Shown here in pieces: positions 22,270-38,684 of a stretch of 64,000 nucleotides of DNA. Each line of letters starts with the position of its first letter. Position 1 is the first letter of the stretch. The stretch comes from Macrostomum lignano (taxonomy: Eukaryota). Made by a program: the position numbers and the translations under genes. The stretch covers positions 213,043 to 277,042 of the forward strand of contig NIVC01000517.1 in the NCBI GenBank assembly GCA_002269645.1. Reading direction: 5' to 3'. The notes under the pieces were generated by a model. That model did no database searches, had not been told where the DNA came from, and saw nothing but the letters and a program-made list of their open reading frames with translations.

Positions 22270-23138
22270 CACTCCCTCTGCCCCTCCTTCTCCCCTCTGC
22301 CTCTCCTTCTCCCCTCTGCCTCTCCTTCTCCCCTCTGCCTCTCCTTCTCCCCTCTGCCTCTCCTTCTCCCCTCTGCCTCTCCTTCTCCCCTCTGCCTCTC
22401 CTTCTCCTCTCTGCCCCTCCTTCTCCCCTCTGCCTCTCCTTCTCCCCTCTGCCCCTCCTTCTCCCATCTGCCTCTCCTCCCCTCTGCCTCTCCTTCTCCC
22501 CTCTGCCTCTCCTTCTCCCCTCTGCCTCTCCTTCTCCCCTCTGCCTCTCCTTCTCCTCTCTGCCCCTCCTTCTCCCCTCTGCCTCTCCTTCTCCCCTCTG
22601 CCTCTCCTTCTCCTCTCTGCCCCTCCTTCTCCCCTCTGCCTCTCCTTCTCCCCTCTGCCTCTCCTTCTCCCCTCTGCCCCTCCTTCTCCCCTCTGCCTCT
22701 CCTTCTCCCCTCTGCCTCTCCTTCTCCCCTCTGCCTCGCCTTCTCCCCTCTGCCTCTCCTTCTCCCCTCTGCCTCGCCTTCTCCCCTCTGCCTCTCCTTC
22801 TCCTCTCTGCCCCTCCTTCTCCCCTCTGCCCCTCCTTCTCCCCTCTGCCTCTCCTTCTCCCCTCTGCCTCTCCTTCTCCCCTCTGCCCCTCCTTCTCCCC
22901 TCTGCCTCTCCTTCTCCCCTCTGCCTCTCCTTCTCCCCTCTGCCTCGCCTTCTCCCCTCTGCCTCTCCTTCTCCCCTCTGCCTCGCCTTCTCCCCTCTGC
23001 CTCTCCTTCTCCTCTCTGCCCCTCCTTCTCCCCTCTGCCTCTCCTTCTCCCCACTGCCTCTCCTTCTCCCCTCTGCCTCGCCTTCTCCCCTCTGCCTCTC
23101 CTTCCCCCCTCTGCCTCTCCTTCTCCCCTCTGCCTCTC
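22270..23138. repeat. 19-bp pyrimidine-rich minisatellite
   Basis: cccctctgcctctccttct units. Confidence 0.95.
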
Positions 23139-23454
23139 GTAGGCTACTAGACAACTCGTACTCTAGTAGAATGTAGCTGTTGTCTTTACAAATCATAATA
23201 TAATAACAAGTTTATCTACTTCATAAGCTGCGGCTGGATCGTATAAAACCACTCCATTATTCTGTCAGTGCCTCACGATATAGATTGGATTGATTTAAGC
23301 CCATTGGTTAGCCGCTGCCTTAGTCACTGGCTTTGCTCAGAGTGACCACTAGAGCGGAAGCCTGAACTGCATGTTCGAGCTCCATACTCGATCAGCTTCT
23401 GTGCGGATGGAAAGGATAACCGAGACTAAAGAATTGGGGAGGGACGAGAAATAG

Positions 23455-24200
23455 TGGAAGAGATTAGATGAGGAAATGGGAGAGCTTAGATGAAGGAATA
23501 TGAAAGATTAGATGAGGGAGTGGGAGAGATTATACTAGAGAATGGGAGAGATTATACTAGGGAGTGGGAGAGATTAGACGAGGGAATGGAAGAGATTAGA
23601 CTACGGAATGGGAGAGATTAGATGAGGGAATGGGAGAAATTAGACGAGGGAATGGAAGAGATTAGATGAGTAAATGGGAGAGATTAGATGAGGGAATGGG
23701 AGAGATTAGATGACGGAATGGGAGAGGTTAGATGAGGGAATGGGAGAGATTAGACGAGGGAATGGAAGAGATTAGATGAGTAAATGGGAGAGATTAGATG
23801 AGGGAATGGGAGAGATTAGATGAGGGAATGGGAGAGATTAGATGAGGGAATGGGAGAGCTTAGATGAAGGAATATGAAAGATTAGATGAGGGAATGGGAG
23901 AGATTAGATGAGGGAATGGGAGAGCTTAGATGAAGGAATATGAAAGATTAGATGAGGGAATGGGAGAGATTAGACTAGTGAATGGGAGAGATTAGACGAG
24001 AGAATGGAAGAGATTAGATGAGGGAATGGGAGAGATTAGATGAGGGAATGGAAGAGAATAAATGAGGGGATGGGAGAGATTAGATGAAGGAATGGGAGAT
24101 ATTAGATGAGGGAATGGGAGGGATTTGACGAGGGAATGGGAGAGATTAGACTAGGGAATGAGAGAGATTAGACTAGGGAATGAGAGAGATTAGACTAGGG
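23455..24200. repeat. 22-bp minisatellite (gggagagattagatgagggaat)
   Basis: Tandem copies. Confidence 0.9.
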
Positions 24201-24814
24201 ATAGCATCACGGTTTGGGCAATTTGTGAGAACGAAGACTGTGACAGAGCCAGTCCAAAAAGCAGCTCCCTGCACGACCTCGAGGAAATAAAGGATAATTT
24301 ACCTCAAATGAAGAACTTTCGGATTCAGTATCTAACACTGCCAGGCTCTGAAAGTAGATAGCAGAGAGATGGAGAAAGGCGAAAATTAAAGGAAATGGCA
24401 GCACGGAAGAGTTGATTTTCTATCTGGCCTCATTAGACTGCCGATCATTGGTGAGACTGGGCCCGCTTTTGAGTTGGGAAATAGCCACATGTCTAGAGAC
24501 CATGGGAGCTGGGATTGTGAGACATTTCTAGCCTGTAAATGAGGTCTTTACGCTATTGAAGAAGCATACTTGCGAGCTCTAATTCTAATAGATCAATTTT
24601 GTTTATCATTGGCTGCAAGGTCGCGGGGGGTCGAGCGAGGACACGCACACGGTATAAAATTGCGATTGCAATAGCGATTATTTTCACCGATTCTGATAGC
24701 AGTACAGCGCGTGCACGAGGCGTGACTTCATAAATGATTTATGGGAAACAGACTGCGGCTGGGGCTTAGGGTAGCGGAAATGCGTGCTTATCTATCCATT
24801 TATCTAACTAACTA

Positions 24815-25189
<375 letters not shown>

Positions 25190-25839
25190 CCAGTCTCCCC
25201 CCTTTCTGGCCTCCATATCTCGCTCATCATCAATTTTCAGCCGGCCGCTTCCGTTGAGCCATTGTCCCGGACCCACCAGGCCTCTCGCAGTCAGTCCACT
25301 GCCCGGGCCAGCCGCACCAGAGCCAGCTACTCGCATCAGCTTCAAGGTCCGGCAGTTCCGGACTTCCGTGCTCTAAGCACCCCCCAGAGGGCCCCTGGGA
25401 CTGAGCACGAGTAAACGAGAGCTTATGCTTCAAGCTCATTTCCCCACTAGCCAGATTTAATAAGCTGTAATAAGATTAGGATAGGATATAAAAAAGTTTA
25501 TTACCATAGAAAATCGAGCTCGTGCACTGCAGCCGATCGACTCAAATTTGACAAAAATTTGATAGCTCCAGGTTAATTAAGCCCAAGGCACATTGGAATA
25601 GAATTCAAGATCGATTGCGCTATTTTTGATTAAGTACGCGCTATAAAAAAGTGTTTTTTTAAGTATTAAATCAGTTTATGACATGTAAAAAAGGGCTCAA
25701 ATTTTACACAGAGAGGTGAGACTAGAGATAACGTTGTGAGATTAGAGATAAGTAAGTGAGATGAAAGATATCTATTGCAAAGATAACGAAGATAACGAAG
25801 AAAGTCCGTTAACAACAAAGATAACGAAGCGAGATAAGA

Positions 25840-26420
25840 GATCAGGAAGTCAGATTGGAGATTAGGAAGTGAGATTGGAGCTCACGGTGTAAGATTACAG
25901 ATAAGGGAGTGAGATCAGAGATCAGAGATCAGAAATCAGAGATCAGAAATCAGAGATCAGAGATCAGGAAGCGAGATTAGAGATCAGGAAGTGAGATTAG
26001 AGATCAGGAAGTGGGATTAGAGATCAGGAAGTGAGATTAGAAATCAGAAAGTGAGATTAGAGATCAGGAAGTGAGATTAGAGACCAGGAAGGAAGTAAGA
26101 TTAGAGATCAGGAAGTGAAATTAGAGATCAGGAAGTGAGATTAGAGATCAGGAAGTGAGATTAGAGATCAGGAAGTCAGATTAGCGATCAGGAAGTGAGA
26201 TTAGTGATCAGGAAGTGAGATTAGAGATCAGGAAATGAGATTAGGGATAAGGAAGTGAGATTAGAGATCAGAAAATGAGATTAGAGATAAGGAAGTCAGA
26301 TAAGAGAACAGAAAGTGAGATTAAAGATCAGGAAGTGAGACTACAGATAAGGCTGTGAGATGAAAAACAGTGTGATACTAGAGATAAGAAACGGAAATTA
26401 GCGACAGACTTGAAGTGAGA
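25840..26420. repeat. 20-bp minisatellite (gagatcaggaagtgagatta)
   Basis: Tandem copies. Confidence 0.9.
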
Positions 26421-26967
26421 TTAGAGAGAGGCAGACCAAGAGGAAGAGATGGAACAGTGTAGTGAATATCAGCAGAGTAAGAGAATAGAAAGCCAGAGCT
26501 TAGACTGCTTAGGACTCAGAAAAGCAACGGCGGAGACACCACGCAGAGAAAGAGAGATTAGTGAAAGAAAATTAGCAAGTGGGACGCTACGAGGCAGAAA
26601 CCTAGCGAGGGGAGTGGCAGGAGAAGACTCGGAGTGCAGTGGTGTAACGAAGCGTCAAAATCGAAAATGGGAGATTTGGCAGAAATTCCAACCCAGGAGA
26701 GTTGCAGCTCTCGAGTTCAAAATCATGAGAAACTGTGCACGGTGAAATCCACGCATGCAGTTTCTTCTTTGTGTTGTTTACACATCCAGAGCTCGGCAAA
26801 GTGCGCCAAAGGCAGCACTAAGTATTTACGCTTGAACTAGTAACTGGGGAATTCAGTGATAGGATGACTGGGAGAGATACAGGCGGTTCATAGCCGCTTT
26901 GCTGCAGCTAAGCTGCTAGACTGAGAAGCCAGGGCTTCTCGGTTCGGTAGTTACTGATCACAACTAT

Positions 26968-27942
<975 letters not shown>

Positions 27943-28899
27943 CGGAGTATAGGAGAGGAGAGGGCAGAGAAGGTACCCGATCTCCCTATCGCAGTCTGCC
28001 AGACCAATCACGGCAGGCTACTCTCTATCCTGCCGCATTGTGCAGCCGTTGAGTAAAGATTCCTTTCTCTAGTGAAATAATTTGCATGCAAATTTCCTGT
28101 CTCACTCTGAGCCCGGCAACCCCGGCCCGACCTGACACGGGACCGGAAGTCGCAGCCGGTAGGGCGAGCGCCTACATGTAAATGCGGATTCATACCTGAG
28201 CTCGTGCCCGCGAGCTTAGAAACAGAGGAGTTGCGGCGCGCCTTTAAAGTACCGAGACTGACTGCGGCAATTTTCCAAGTGTATTTGTCCAAGACAGACT
28301 GGCATCCTGGTACGCTCGTAAAAACAAAAATCAAAAAGCACACGCGAAACACGGGGCAGATTGATTGTTGCTTGATCAAAGGGAAATCGTTTGAAATGCC
28401 TGCTGTGTATTTTTTGATCAAATGCATCCCGTAACTCCCCTTGGGATTAGGGAACACGCCAGATGTAGTTGGCGGCTGCTCAAGCTGCCTTGGGCAGAGA
28501 GGACAAGCAACCTGCCACCTGAGATCAAAGAATTCACTTCGTTACAGGGAGGCGCTGAATATGCCTCTGATGATCAGTTGAGCGAAATCAAACTGCACGC
28601 TGCAAACTGCGTGTGAAAAGCTGGTCCTTCACGAAGGCTGGACTGTCTGAAATTTCTTATAAAAATTAATCAAGGACTGCAGGGTCGGCTAGTCCGATAC
28701 TCTGCTATGCTTGCTCTCTCTAACACTTATATATTGCTTATAGTACATATTGTCCTTTTTAAAGCAGCCTTGTTTATGATTCTTTCCGAAAGCTTAAATA
28801 AGATTTCACTAATTCACTCATTTTAACCTCAATCACAAGAATTCTCTCCCATTCACATATTTTAAGTTTATTCATAAAATTTCACAGCCCTTAAACATT

Positions 28900-29610
28900 T
28901 TCACACAGCATTCACACAATGTGTGACTCGTGTTCACACATATCAAGTTCTATCACAGCATGCACTGTCAGTCACAAATCATTCACACAAAGACACTTTT
29001 ATTCACACATTCCAAGTTCTATCACAGCATGCACTGTTAGTCACAAATCGTTCACAAAAATACAATATTATTCACACATTTCAAGTTCTATCACAGCATG
29101 CACTGTCAGTCACACATCGTTCACACAAAGACACTCTTATTCACACATATCAAGTTCTATCACAGCATGCACTGTCAGTCACAAATAATTCACACAAAGA
29201 CACTTTTATTCACACATTCCAAGTTCTATCACAGCATGCACTGTCAGTCACAAATCGTTCACACAAAGACACTCTTATTCACACATTCCAAGTTCTATCA
29301 CAGCATGCACTGTTAGTCACAAATCGTTCACACAAATACAATATTATTCGCACATTTCAAGTTCTATCACAGCATGCACTGTCAGTCACAAATCGTTCAC
29401 ACAAAGACACTCTTATTCACACATTCCAAGTTCTATCACAGCATGCACTGTTAGTCACAAATCGTTCACAAAAATACAATATTATTCGCACATTTCAAGT
29501 TCTATCACAGCATGCACTGTCAGTCACAAATCGTTCACACAAAGACACTCTTATTCACACATTCCAAGTTCTATCACAGCATGCACTGTCAGTCACACAT
29601 CGTTCACACA
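28900..29610. repeat. 69-bp tandem repeat
   Basis: About 10 copies; 23-aa periodicity in the translated frame. Confidence 0.9.
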
Positions 29611-30329
29611 ATTTCGCTAATCGCTCTCATTCACACATGTTCATGCTTACACACCTAGCTGATAACTCAGCACCAATATAAGTTGGATAGTACCAGGGTA
29701 ATTAAAAAATACCCCAGACAGGACGCAGCCAGAGACGTGAATTTCTGACTTTCAGTGGGCAGCCAGCGGAAATGGAGAGGCGGTTAGCGGAGATGAGAGA
29801 GAGAGAGGGAGGGAGATGGAGAGAGAGGGAGATGGAGAAGGAGATAACCAGGGCGAAGAAATAGGAAATGCTAATTTTCTGTGAGCTCTGCTCAAATCCC
29901 AGTGAGATGAGGCAAAAGGATGAGTCCCCACCCTCACCCATGAGCCCGATCTTCTTCTTATCAAGCAGCGGTTTTGCTCGGTTTTCTGCTGCCAAAATTC
30001 TTTCTGCATCAGCGGTCAATTCTGGAGGCTGGGGGGGCAGGCAGCAGTGATTTTTGTTCTAGCAGCTCTCGTCACTGCATTCTGCTCAAACCCTGCTCAG
30101 AGTCTGTTCTCCGAGCTGTTGGTTTCGTTTTCTGAAGCTTTACGGTCTTATTATAGTGTTATATATATACACATGAAATAATGATCGTTTCTTCTCAGCA
30201 TTTATGCTTTTTCACTTAAGCTTTCTGTTTAAATAAACAGGGTACTGTTGGAAAACAAAATTTATTGGCTAGTTTAACTTAGTGAATGAGTGAGAAAGCT
30301 GTGTGAATGAAAGGTTAAAGTGCAGCTCA

Positions 30330-31220
30330 GTGAATTTGAGGTAAATGTGTGAACCAGTGGGGCAGTTGTGTGAATGAGTAGCGCAGTTGTGTGACTGAGA
30401 AGCACAGTTGTGTGAATGAGTTACGCAGTTGTGTGAATTGAGAGTTTAGTTCTGTGAATGAGAGGTGCAGTTGTGGGAATAAGAAGCGCAGTTGTGTGAA
30501 CGAGTAGAGCAGTTGTGTGAATGAGAAGCGCAGTTGTGTGAATAAGAAGCGCAGTTGTGTGAATAAGAAGCGCAGTTGTGTGAATATGAAGCGCAGTTGT
30601 GTGAATATGAAGCGCAGTTGTGTGAATATGAAGCGCAGTTGTGTGAATATGAAGCGCAGTTGTGTGAATGAGAAGCGCAGTATTGTGAATGAGAAGCGCA
30701 GTTGTGTGAATATGAAGCGCAGTTGTGTGAATATGAAGCGCAGTTGTGTGAATATGAAGCGCAGTTGTGTGAATATGAAGCGCAGTTGTGTGAATATGAA
30801 GCGCAGTTGTGTGAATGAGAAGCGCAGTATTGTGAATGAGAAGCGCAGTTGTGTGAATATGAAGCGCAGTTGTGTGAATATGAAGCGCAGTTGTGTGAAT
30901 ATGAAGCGCAGTTGTGTGAATTTGAAGCGCAGTTGTGTGAATATGAAGCGCAGTTGTGTGAATGAGAAGCGCAGTATTGTGAATGAGAAGCGCAGTTGTG
31001 TGAATATGAAGCGCAGTTGTGTGAATATGAAGCGCAGTTGTGTGAATATGAAGCGCAGTTGTGTGAATTTGAAGCGCAGTTGTGTGAATATGAAGCGCAG
31101 TTGTGTGAATGAGAAGCGCAGTATTGTGAATGAGAAGCGCAGTTGTTTAAATGAGAAGCGCAGTTTTGTGAATGAGAGTAGCATAGTTGTGTGAATATGA
31201 AGCGCAGTTGTGTGAATAAG
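30330..31220. repeat. 21-bp minisatellite (agcgcagttgtgtgaatatga)
   Basis: Tandem copies. Confidence 0.95.
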
Positions 31221-31815
31221 AGATGCAGTTTTCCAAAAAATCATAAAAGTTAATTGACTCAGCAGAACTTGAGCACTGTATGGCCAGGCAAAGCTGATTG
31301 GACTTGAATGCCTGTCAATCCATTTTGGTAAAAACTCAGACAGAAACGGAATAAACAATTATTCCAAAACGCAGAGACACAGAGCGAAAATATTATGTTT
31401 GATTTGGCCTTCTGCATCGAGATTACACTGGCCAGAGATTATACAAGCAAAAAACATTTCTCATAAAGCTACGCGTGAGCCTCAGTCGGAAAGGAAGAAA
31501 TTTTCTAATTTTGCTCCTGGCAGACAGCAGCCTCATCCGCTGAGCCTCCGCTGCGGCACTCTCACCCCTCTCCCACGCCACCCAGCCCCTGCTGTTCTCA
31601 GGGGTCAAAAACGTGACAAAATGGCGATTTCTCAACCTTTGACTCTTATGGAGGGCAGTTGACAACCAAACATGGTGCAGAACCTCCGAGCTGCCCCTCC
31701 CTCCTCCCGCGGTGGAACCCGCGGTTCCAACACGTCGGGGGGCGAAAAAACAACCGAGTCACGCCTGTTGTTTTCTTCTTTGAAGACATTCTGCTGGATC
31801 GCTGCGTTCTCAGTG

Positions 31816-33240
<1,425 letters not shown>

Positions 33241-34129
33241 GTTCTCTCACTCTCGTTCTCTCCCTCTCCCCTCCCCTCTCCCCTGCCCTCTCCACTGCCC
33301 TCTCCTCTCCCTTATCCCTCCGCTCTTTCTCTCCTTAAATTTATCCGATGCCAGTCTCCCAAACTGGTGAATTATCAGCCATATCTAGCTAAATTAAATT
33401 GATCAGAAAGCTAATGGAATAAATAGAAATAGAAATTAGATAGAACAGATAAAAAACACGATGATGGTCTCGCTATCGGGAACCGGGAAGCAATTAAGTT
33501 GCCCCGCTGCGGTTTTGAGTGCCGGTATCCAATTTACTAATTTTTTTTCTGAACTCCTTTCAATCATCTAAAAAGTGTCCTTATCCGTCTAATCTGTTCA
33601 TATTATAAAACTTCGGCCTCTTCAGTCATAGTCGGTTGCAGATAATTCCACATACAACCGCGGGGCCAATAAAGCCGGAGAGGTTTTGATATGAATAAGC
33701 AATTATGTTTTTTTGGCCTCGCGGGCCGCAGCAGGGGGGGTTAAGGCAATATAGATTGCTGGCTATACAGCAGAGCCTTTGAAGCGAACCGACATTTGAT
33801 AAATCGGAGAGCCGCGTCTCCGATTTCACTTGATTAGAGGGCAAACATTAATCGATTATATTGTTTAAAATGATCTAGCCTATTATAGATAAGCTGAGCA
33901 GATCTGCCTGAGACAGATTCAACAACTGAAAACAGCGTTGCACTTGCACCTAAATGTACTTTTAGGTGAACGAATAATTTTTTGAGTGTGGATACACTTG
34001 ACATAGATAAGGAGCTACCAGTGAGCTTGATAACTATATTGATAAATATTTATCAGCCTATGTCATGTACTAACATTGGAATGAAAGATCCTGTGAAAGA
34101 ACATGTGAAAGAATGTTTAAATCCTTTTT

Positions 34130-35870
34130 GTGTGAATCAGAGTCTAGATTGTGTGAATGAGAGTCTAGATTGTGTGAATGAGAGTCTAGATTGTGTGAAT
34201 GAGAGTCTAGATCGTGTGAATGAGAGTCTAGATCGTGTGAGTGAGAGTCCACATCGTGTGAATGAGAGTCCAGATCGTGTGAATGGGAGAACAGACCGTG
34301 TGAGTGAGAGTCCAGACCGTGTGAGTGAGAGTCTACATCGTGTGAATGAGAGTCCAGACCGTGTAAATAAGAGTCCAGATCGTATGAGTGAGAGTCTAGA
34401 TCGTGTGAATGAGAGTCTAGATCGTGTGAATGAGAGTCTAGATCGTGTGAATGAGAGTCTAGATCGTGTGAATGAGAGTCTAGATCGTGTGAATGAGAGT
34501 CTACATCGTGTGAATGAGAGTCCAGATCGTGTGAATGGGAGAACAGATCGTGTGAATGAGAGTCCATATCGTGTGAATGAGAGTCCATATCGTGTGAATG
34601 AGAGTCTAGATTGTGTGAATGAGAGTATAAATAGTGTGAATGAGAGTCTAGATCGTGTGAATGAAGTCTATATCGTGTTAATGAGAGTCTAGATCGTGTG
34701 AGTGAGATTCTACATCGTGTGAATGAGAGTCTAGATCGTGTGAATGAGAGTCTAGATCGTGTGAATGAGAGTCTAGATCGTGTGAATGAGAGTCTAGATC
34801 GTGTGAATGAGAGTCTAGATCGTGTGAATGAGAGTCTACATCGTGTGAATGAGAGTCTAGATCGTGTGAATGAAGTCTAGATCGTGTGAATGAGAGTCTA
34901 GATCGTGTGAATGAGAGTCTACATCGTGTGAATGAGAGTCTACATCGTGTGAATGAGAGTCTACATCGTGTGAACGAGAGTCCAGATCGTGTGAATGGGA
35001 GAACAGATCGTGTGAATGAGAGTCTACATCGTGTGAATGAGAGTCTACATCGTGTGAATGAGAGTCTACATCGTGTGAATGAGAGTCCAGATCGTGTGAA
35101 TGGGAGAACAGATCGTGTGAATGAGAGTCCATATCGTGTGAATGAGAGTCCATATCGTGTGAATGAGAGTCTAGATTGTGTGAATGAGAGTATAAATAGT
35201 GTGAATGAGAGTCTAGATCGTGTGAATGAAGTCTATATCGTGTTAATGAGAGTCTAGATCGTGTGAGTGAGATTCTACATCGTGTGAATGAGAGTCTAGA
35301 TCGTGTGAATGAGAGTCTAGATCGTGTGAAAGAGAGTCTACATCGTGTGAATGAGAGTCCAGATCGTGTGAATGGGAGAACAGATCGTGTAAATGAGAGT
35401 CCATATCGTGTGAATGAGAGTCCATATCGTGTGAATGAGAGTCTAGATTGTGTGAATGAGAGTATAAATAGTGTGAATGAGAGTCTAGATTGTGTGAATG
35501 AGAGTCTAAATAGTGTGAAAGAGAGTCTAAATAGTGTGAATGAAAGTCTACATCGTGTGAATGAGAGTCTAGATTGTGTGAATGAGAGTATAAATAGTGT
35601 GAAAGAGAGTCTAAATAGTGTGAATGAAAGTCTACATCGTGTGAATGAGAGTCTATAGATCGTGTGAATGAGAGTCTAGATTGTGTGAATTAGAGTCTTG
35701 ATCGTGTGAATGAGAGTCCATATCGTGTGAAAGAGAATCTAAATAGTGTGAATGAGAGTCTAGATTGTGTGAATGAGAGTCTTGATCGTGTGAATGAGAG
35801 TCCATATCGTGTGAAAGAGAATCTAAATAGTGTGAATGAGAGTCTAGATCGTGTGAATGAGAGTGCAGTT
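34130..35870. repeat. 21-bp minisatellite (gagtctagatcgtgtgaatga) with ~565-bp higher-order duplication
   Basis: Variant blocks recur 565 bp apart (34698 vs 35263). Confidence 0.9.
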
Positions 35871-36011
35871 CATGCAAATGAGAGAAAACGTGTGTAGAAG
35901 ATAAAAGTGTGTAGGGGATAAAGCTTGTGAAAAGAGCAAAAAGTGTGAATGATGGTGCAGATTGTGTGAGTAAAAGCAAAACTCCAATCTGCCCAGCAGG
36001 TCTCCATCACC

Positions 36012-38563
36012 ATGTCAGGTCTGAGTTTGGACTGCAATGAAATCTGCGCCTGCTCAGAGAGCAACCGTCTTGAGACCGGCGAGCTCCACACGGTTGAGCA
36101 CTTTCGCGGCAGCTGGCCAACAAACTTTACCAGTACATTTTGTTACCTGGGCGACGTGTTGTCAACTCCGGGATCGAACGGTTCAACAGCGGAAGGCGTC
36201 AATATCACGGCACTAATTAACAGCTACTTTGCGCCCCCCGTGATTCTTGTCACCATGGTGACAAACATATTTGTGTGCATCGTGCTCACTCGACGAAATA
36301 TGGTGACCCCAACTAATGTTCTGCTGCTAGTGATGGCTTTTGTGGATATGATCACCGGTGAGTGCGCTTCAGGGTGCAGGTTAACAATTGTAGGAAACAC
36401 TTCAGGACACAGATTAACAAATTGTAGGAAACACTTCAGGACACAGATTAACAAATTGTAGGAAACACTTCAGGACACAGATTAACAAAATTGTAGGAAA
36501 CACTTCAGGACACAGATTAACAAAATTGTAGGAAACACTTCAGGACACGGATTAACAAATTGTAGGAAACACTTCAGGACACAGATTAACAAATTGTAGG
36601 AAACACTTCAGGACACAGATTAACAAAATTGTAGGAAACACTTTAGGACACAGATTAACAAAATTGAAGGAAACACTTCAAGACAGAGATTAACAAAATT
36701 GTAGGAAATACTTCAGGACAGAGATTAACAAAATTGAAGGAAACACTTCAAGACTCAGATTAACAAATGTAAGAAACACTTCAGGACTCAGATTAACAAA
36801 TTGTAGGAAACACTTCAGGACAGAGATTAACAAAATTGTAGGAAACACTTCAGGACAGAGATTAACAAAATTGTAGGAAACACTTCAGGACAAATATTAA
36901 TAATTATAGGAAACACTTCAGGACACAGATCGACAAAATTGTAGGAAACAATTCAGGACACAGATTAATAATTGTAGGAAACACTTCAGGACACAGATTA
37001 ATAATTGTAGGAAACACTTCAGGACTCAGATTAACAAATGTAAGAAACACTTCAGGACTCAGATTAACAAATGTAAGAAACACTTCAGGACTCAGATTAA
37101 TAATTGTAGGAAACACTTCAGGACTCAGATTAACAAATGTAAGAAACACTTCAGGACTCAGATTAATAATTGTAGGAAACACTTCAGGACTCAGATTAAC
37201 AAATGTAAGAAACACTTCAGGACTCAGATTAACAAATGTAAGAAACACTTCAGGACTCAGATTAACAAATGTAAGAAACACTTCAGGACTCAGATTAACA
37301 AATGTAAGAAACACTTCAGGACTCAGATTAACCAATGTAAGAAACACTTCAGGACTCAGATTAACAAATGTAAGAAACACTTCAGGACTCAGATTAACAA
37401 ATGGAAGAAACACTTCAGGACTCAGATTAACAAATGTAAGAAACACTTCAGGACTCACATTAACAAATGTAAGAAACACTTCAGGACTCAGATTAACAAA
37501 TGGAGGAAACACTTCAGAACTCAGATTAACAAATTTATTTCCTCACTTCACTTTCAAAGGTCTCCTACCACTGCCCTGGTACCTGATCATCACATACGCC
37601 AAGCAGTTTATCATTGGGCAGCTTTGCTCAAGTCACTACACGGCTAATTTCATGGAGCTGATGCTCACCACCATGCCGACTGTCTGTCACACCATCTCCA
37701 TCTGGCTAACCGTCATGCTGGCCGTACAACGCTGGATTTACATCACATTTCCAACATCCGTGAAACGAATCTGTACGGTTAGAAAATCAATAATCTCCAT
37801 AGCGATCCTTTGCGGCGTATCCATTGCGTTTTACACGGTCACCCAGTTGCTCCTGTCAGGTGCCATCTACTTCCGAATGCGACCCACCACAGCTGTCCAG
37901 GCCAACTTCGCCGTAGTAGCCTGCAGCATCAGCCAACACAGGCCCTACTTCATGGCCGCGATGATTTTTCGCACCCTGCTGGTGAATATTGTACCCAGCC
38001 TGCTGTTGATAGTAATCACCTGCCTACTTATTAAAGGCCTACATAGGGCTAGGAAGAGGCGCCAGCTGCTTCGGGGCGGCGGCAACCGGCAGCAGCAGCA
38101 GCAAGGTGGCGGCAGCTGCGCCAGACGGGCGTCAGCAAGCGTCAACAAGAAGCGTCAAGACAAGTCCAGCACAACTCTGATGCTGGTGATCATCATGTGC
38201 ATCTTCCTGCTGGTGGAGCTGCCCGTCACCATCGTCATGACGGTCTACGTGCTCATGGTTGCCGAGGTGGTCAAGAAGAGCGTCTGGCTGAGACTGGAGA
38301 GCTGTTTCCCATTCATGAACTTCATCATTTTGGTGAGCTATCCCGTGAATTTCTTTATCTACTGCCTGATGTCCACTCAGTTCCGGCAGACCTTCGCCAG
38401 TCTGTTTGGCTTTGGCGGCGCCGCCGCTGGTGTACAGCAGCCGCCGAGTCCGTCGGCGCTGCTCCGACGTCGAAGCGAAAGTCCCGGGCTCGCGTCGCGA
38501 GGCAGTAAGCAACAGCAGAAGAACCTGTTGGAAGCAGAGTCGGTGGCGCTGACCAGTAAATAG
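36012..38563 (+). CDS. Class A neuropeptide GPCR, sex-peptide/myoinhibitory-peptide receptor-like, 449 aa; exons 36012-36357 and 37560-38563
   Basis: Donor G|gtgagt at 36357 joins acceptor aaag|GT at 37560 in frame (DMITG-LLPLPW). Seven hydrophobic segments. TPTNVLL, CHTISIWLTVMLAVQRW and SYPVNFFIYCLMSTQFR motifs match the SPR/MIP-R/FMRFamide-R group. Confidence 0.85.
36380..37530. repeat. 33-34-bp minisatellite filling the GPCR intron
   Basis: gtaggaaacacttcaggacacagattaacaaatt units. Confidence 0.95.
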
Positions 38564-38684
38564 GGCTGACTTACTTCAAACTGACAGTGCAAAATGTTTA
38601 TAGCAGCCTCACCTGCGCACCTGGCATTGATTTTCTGTCTGCTCCCATCTTTGCATGACTTTGGCGAATTTTGACATTAATGTA

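Noticed and set aside
17263-23196. ORFs of 632, 424, 308, 315 aa and similar
   Set aside because: All coincide with tandem repeats, often open on both strands
33982-35897. VNESLDR-repeat ORFs resembling coiled-coil proteins
   Set aside because: A 21-bp unit length keeps the frame open by chance; frames are broken irregularly and no flanking splice context was found
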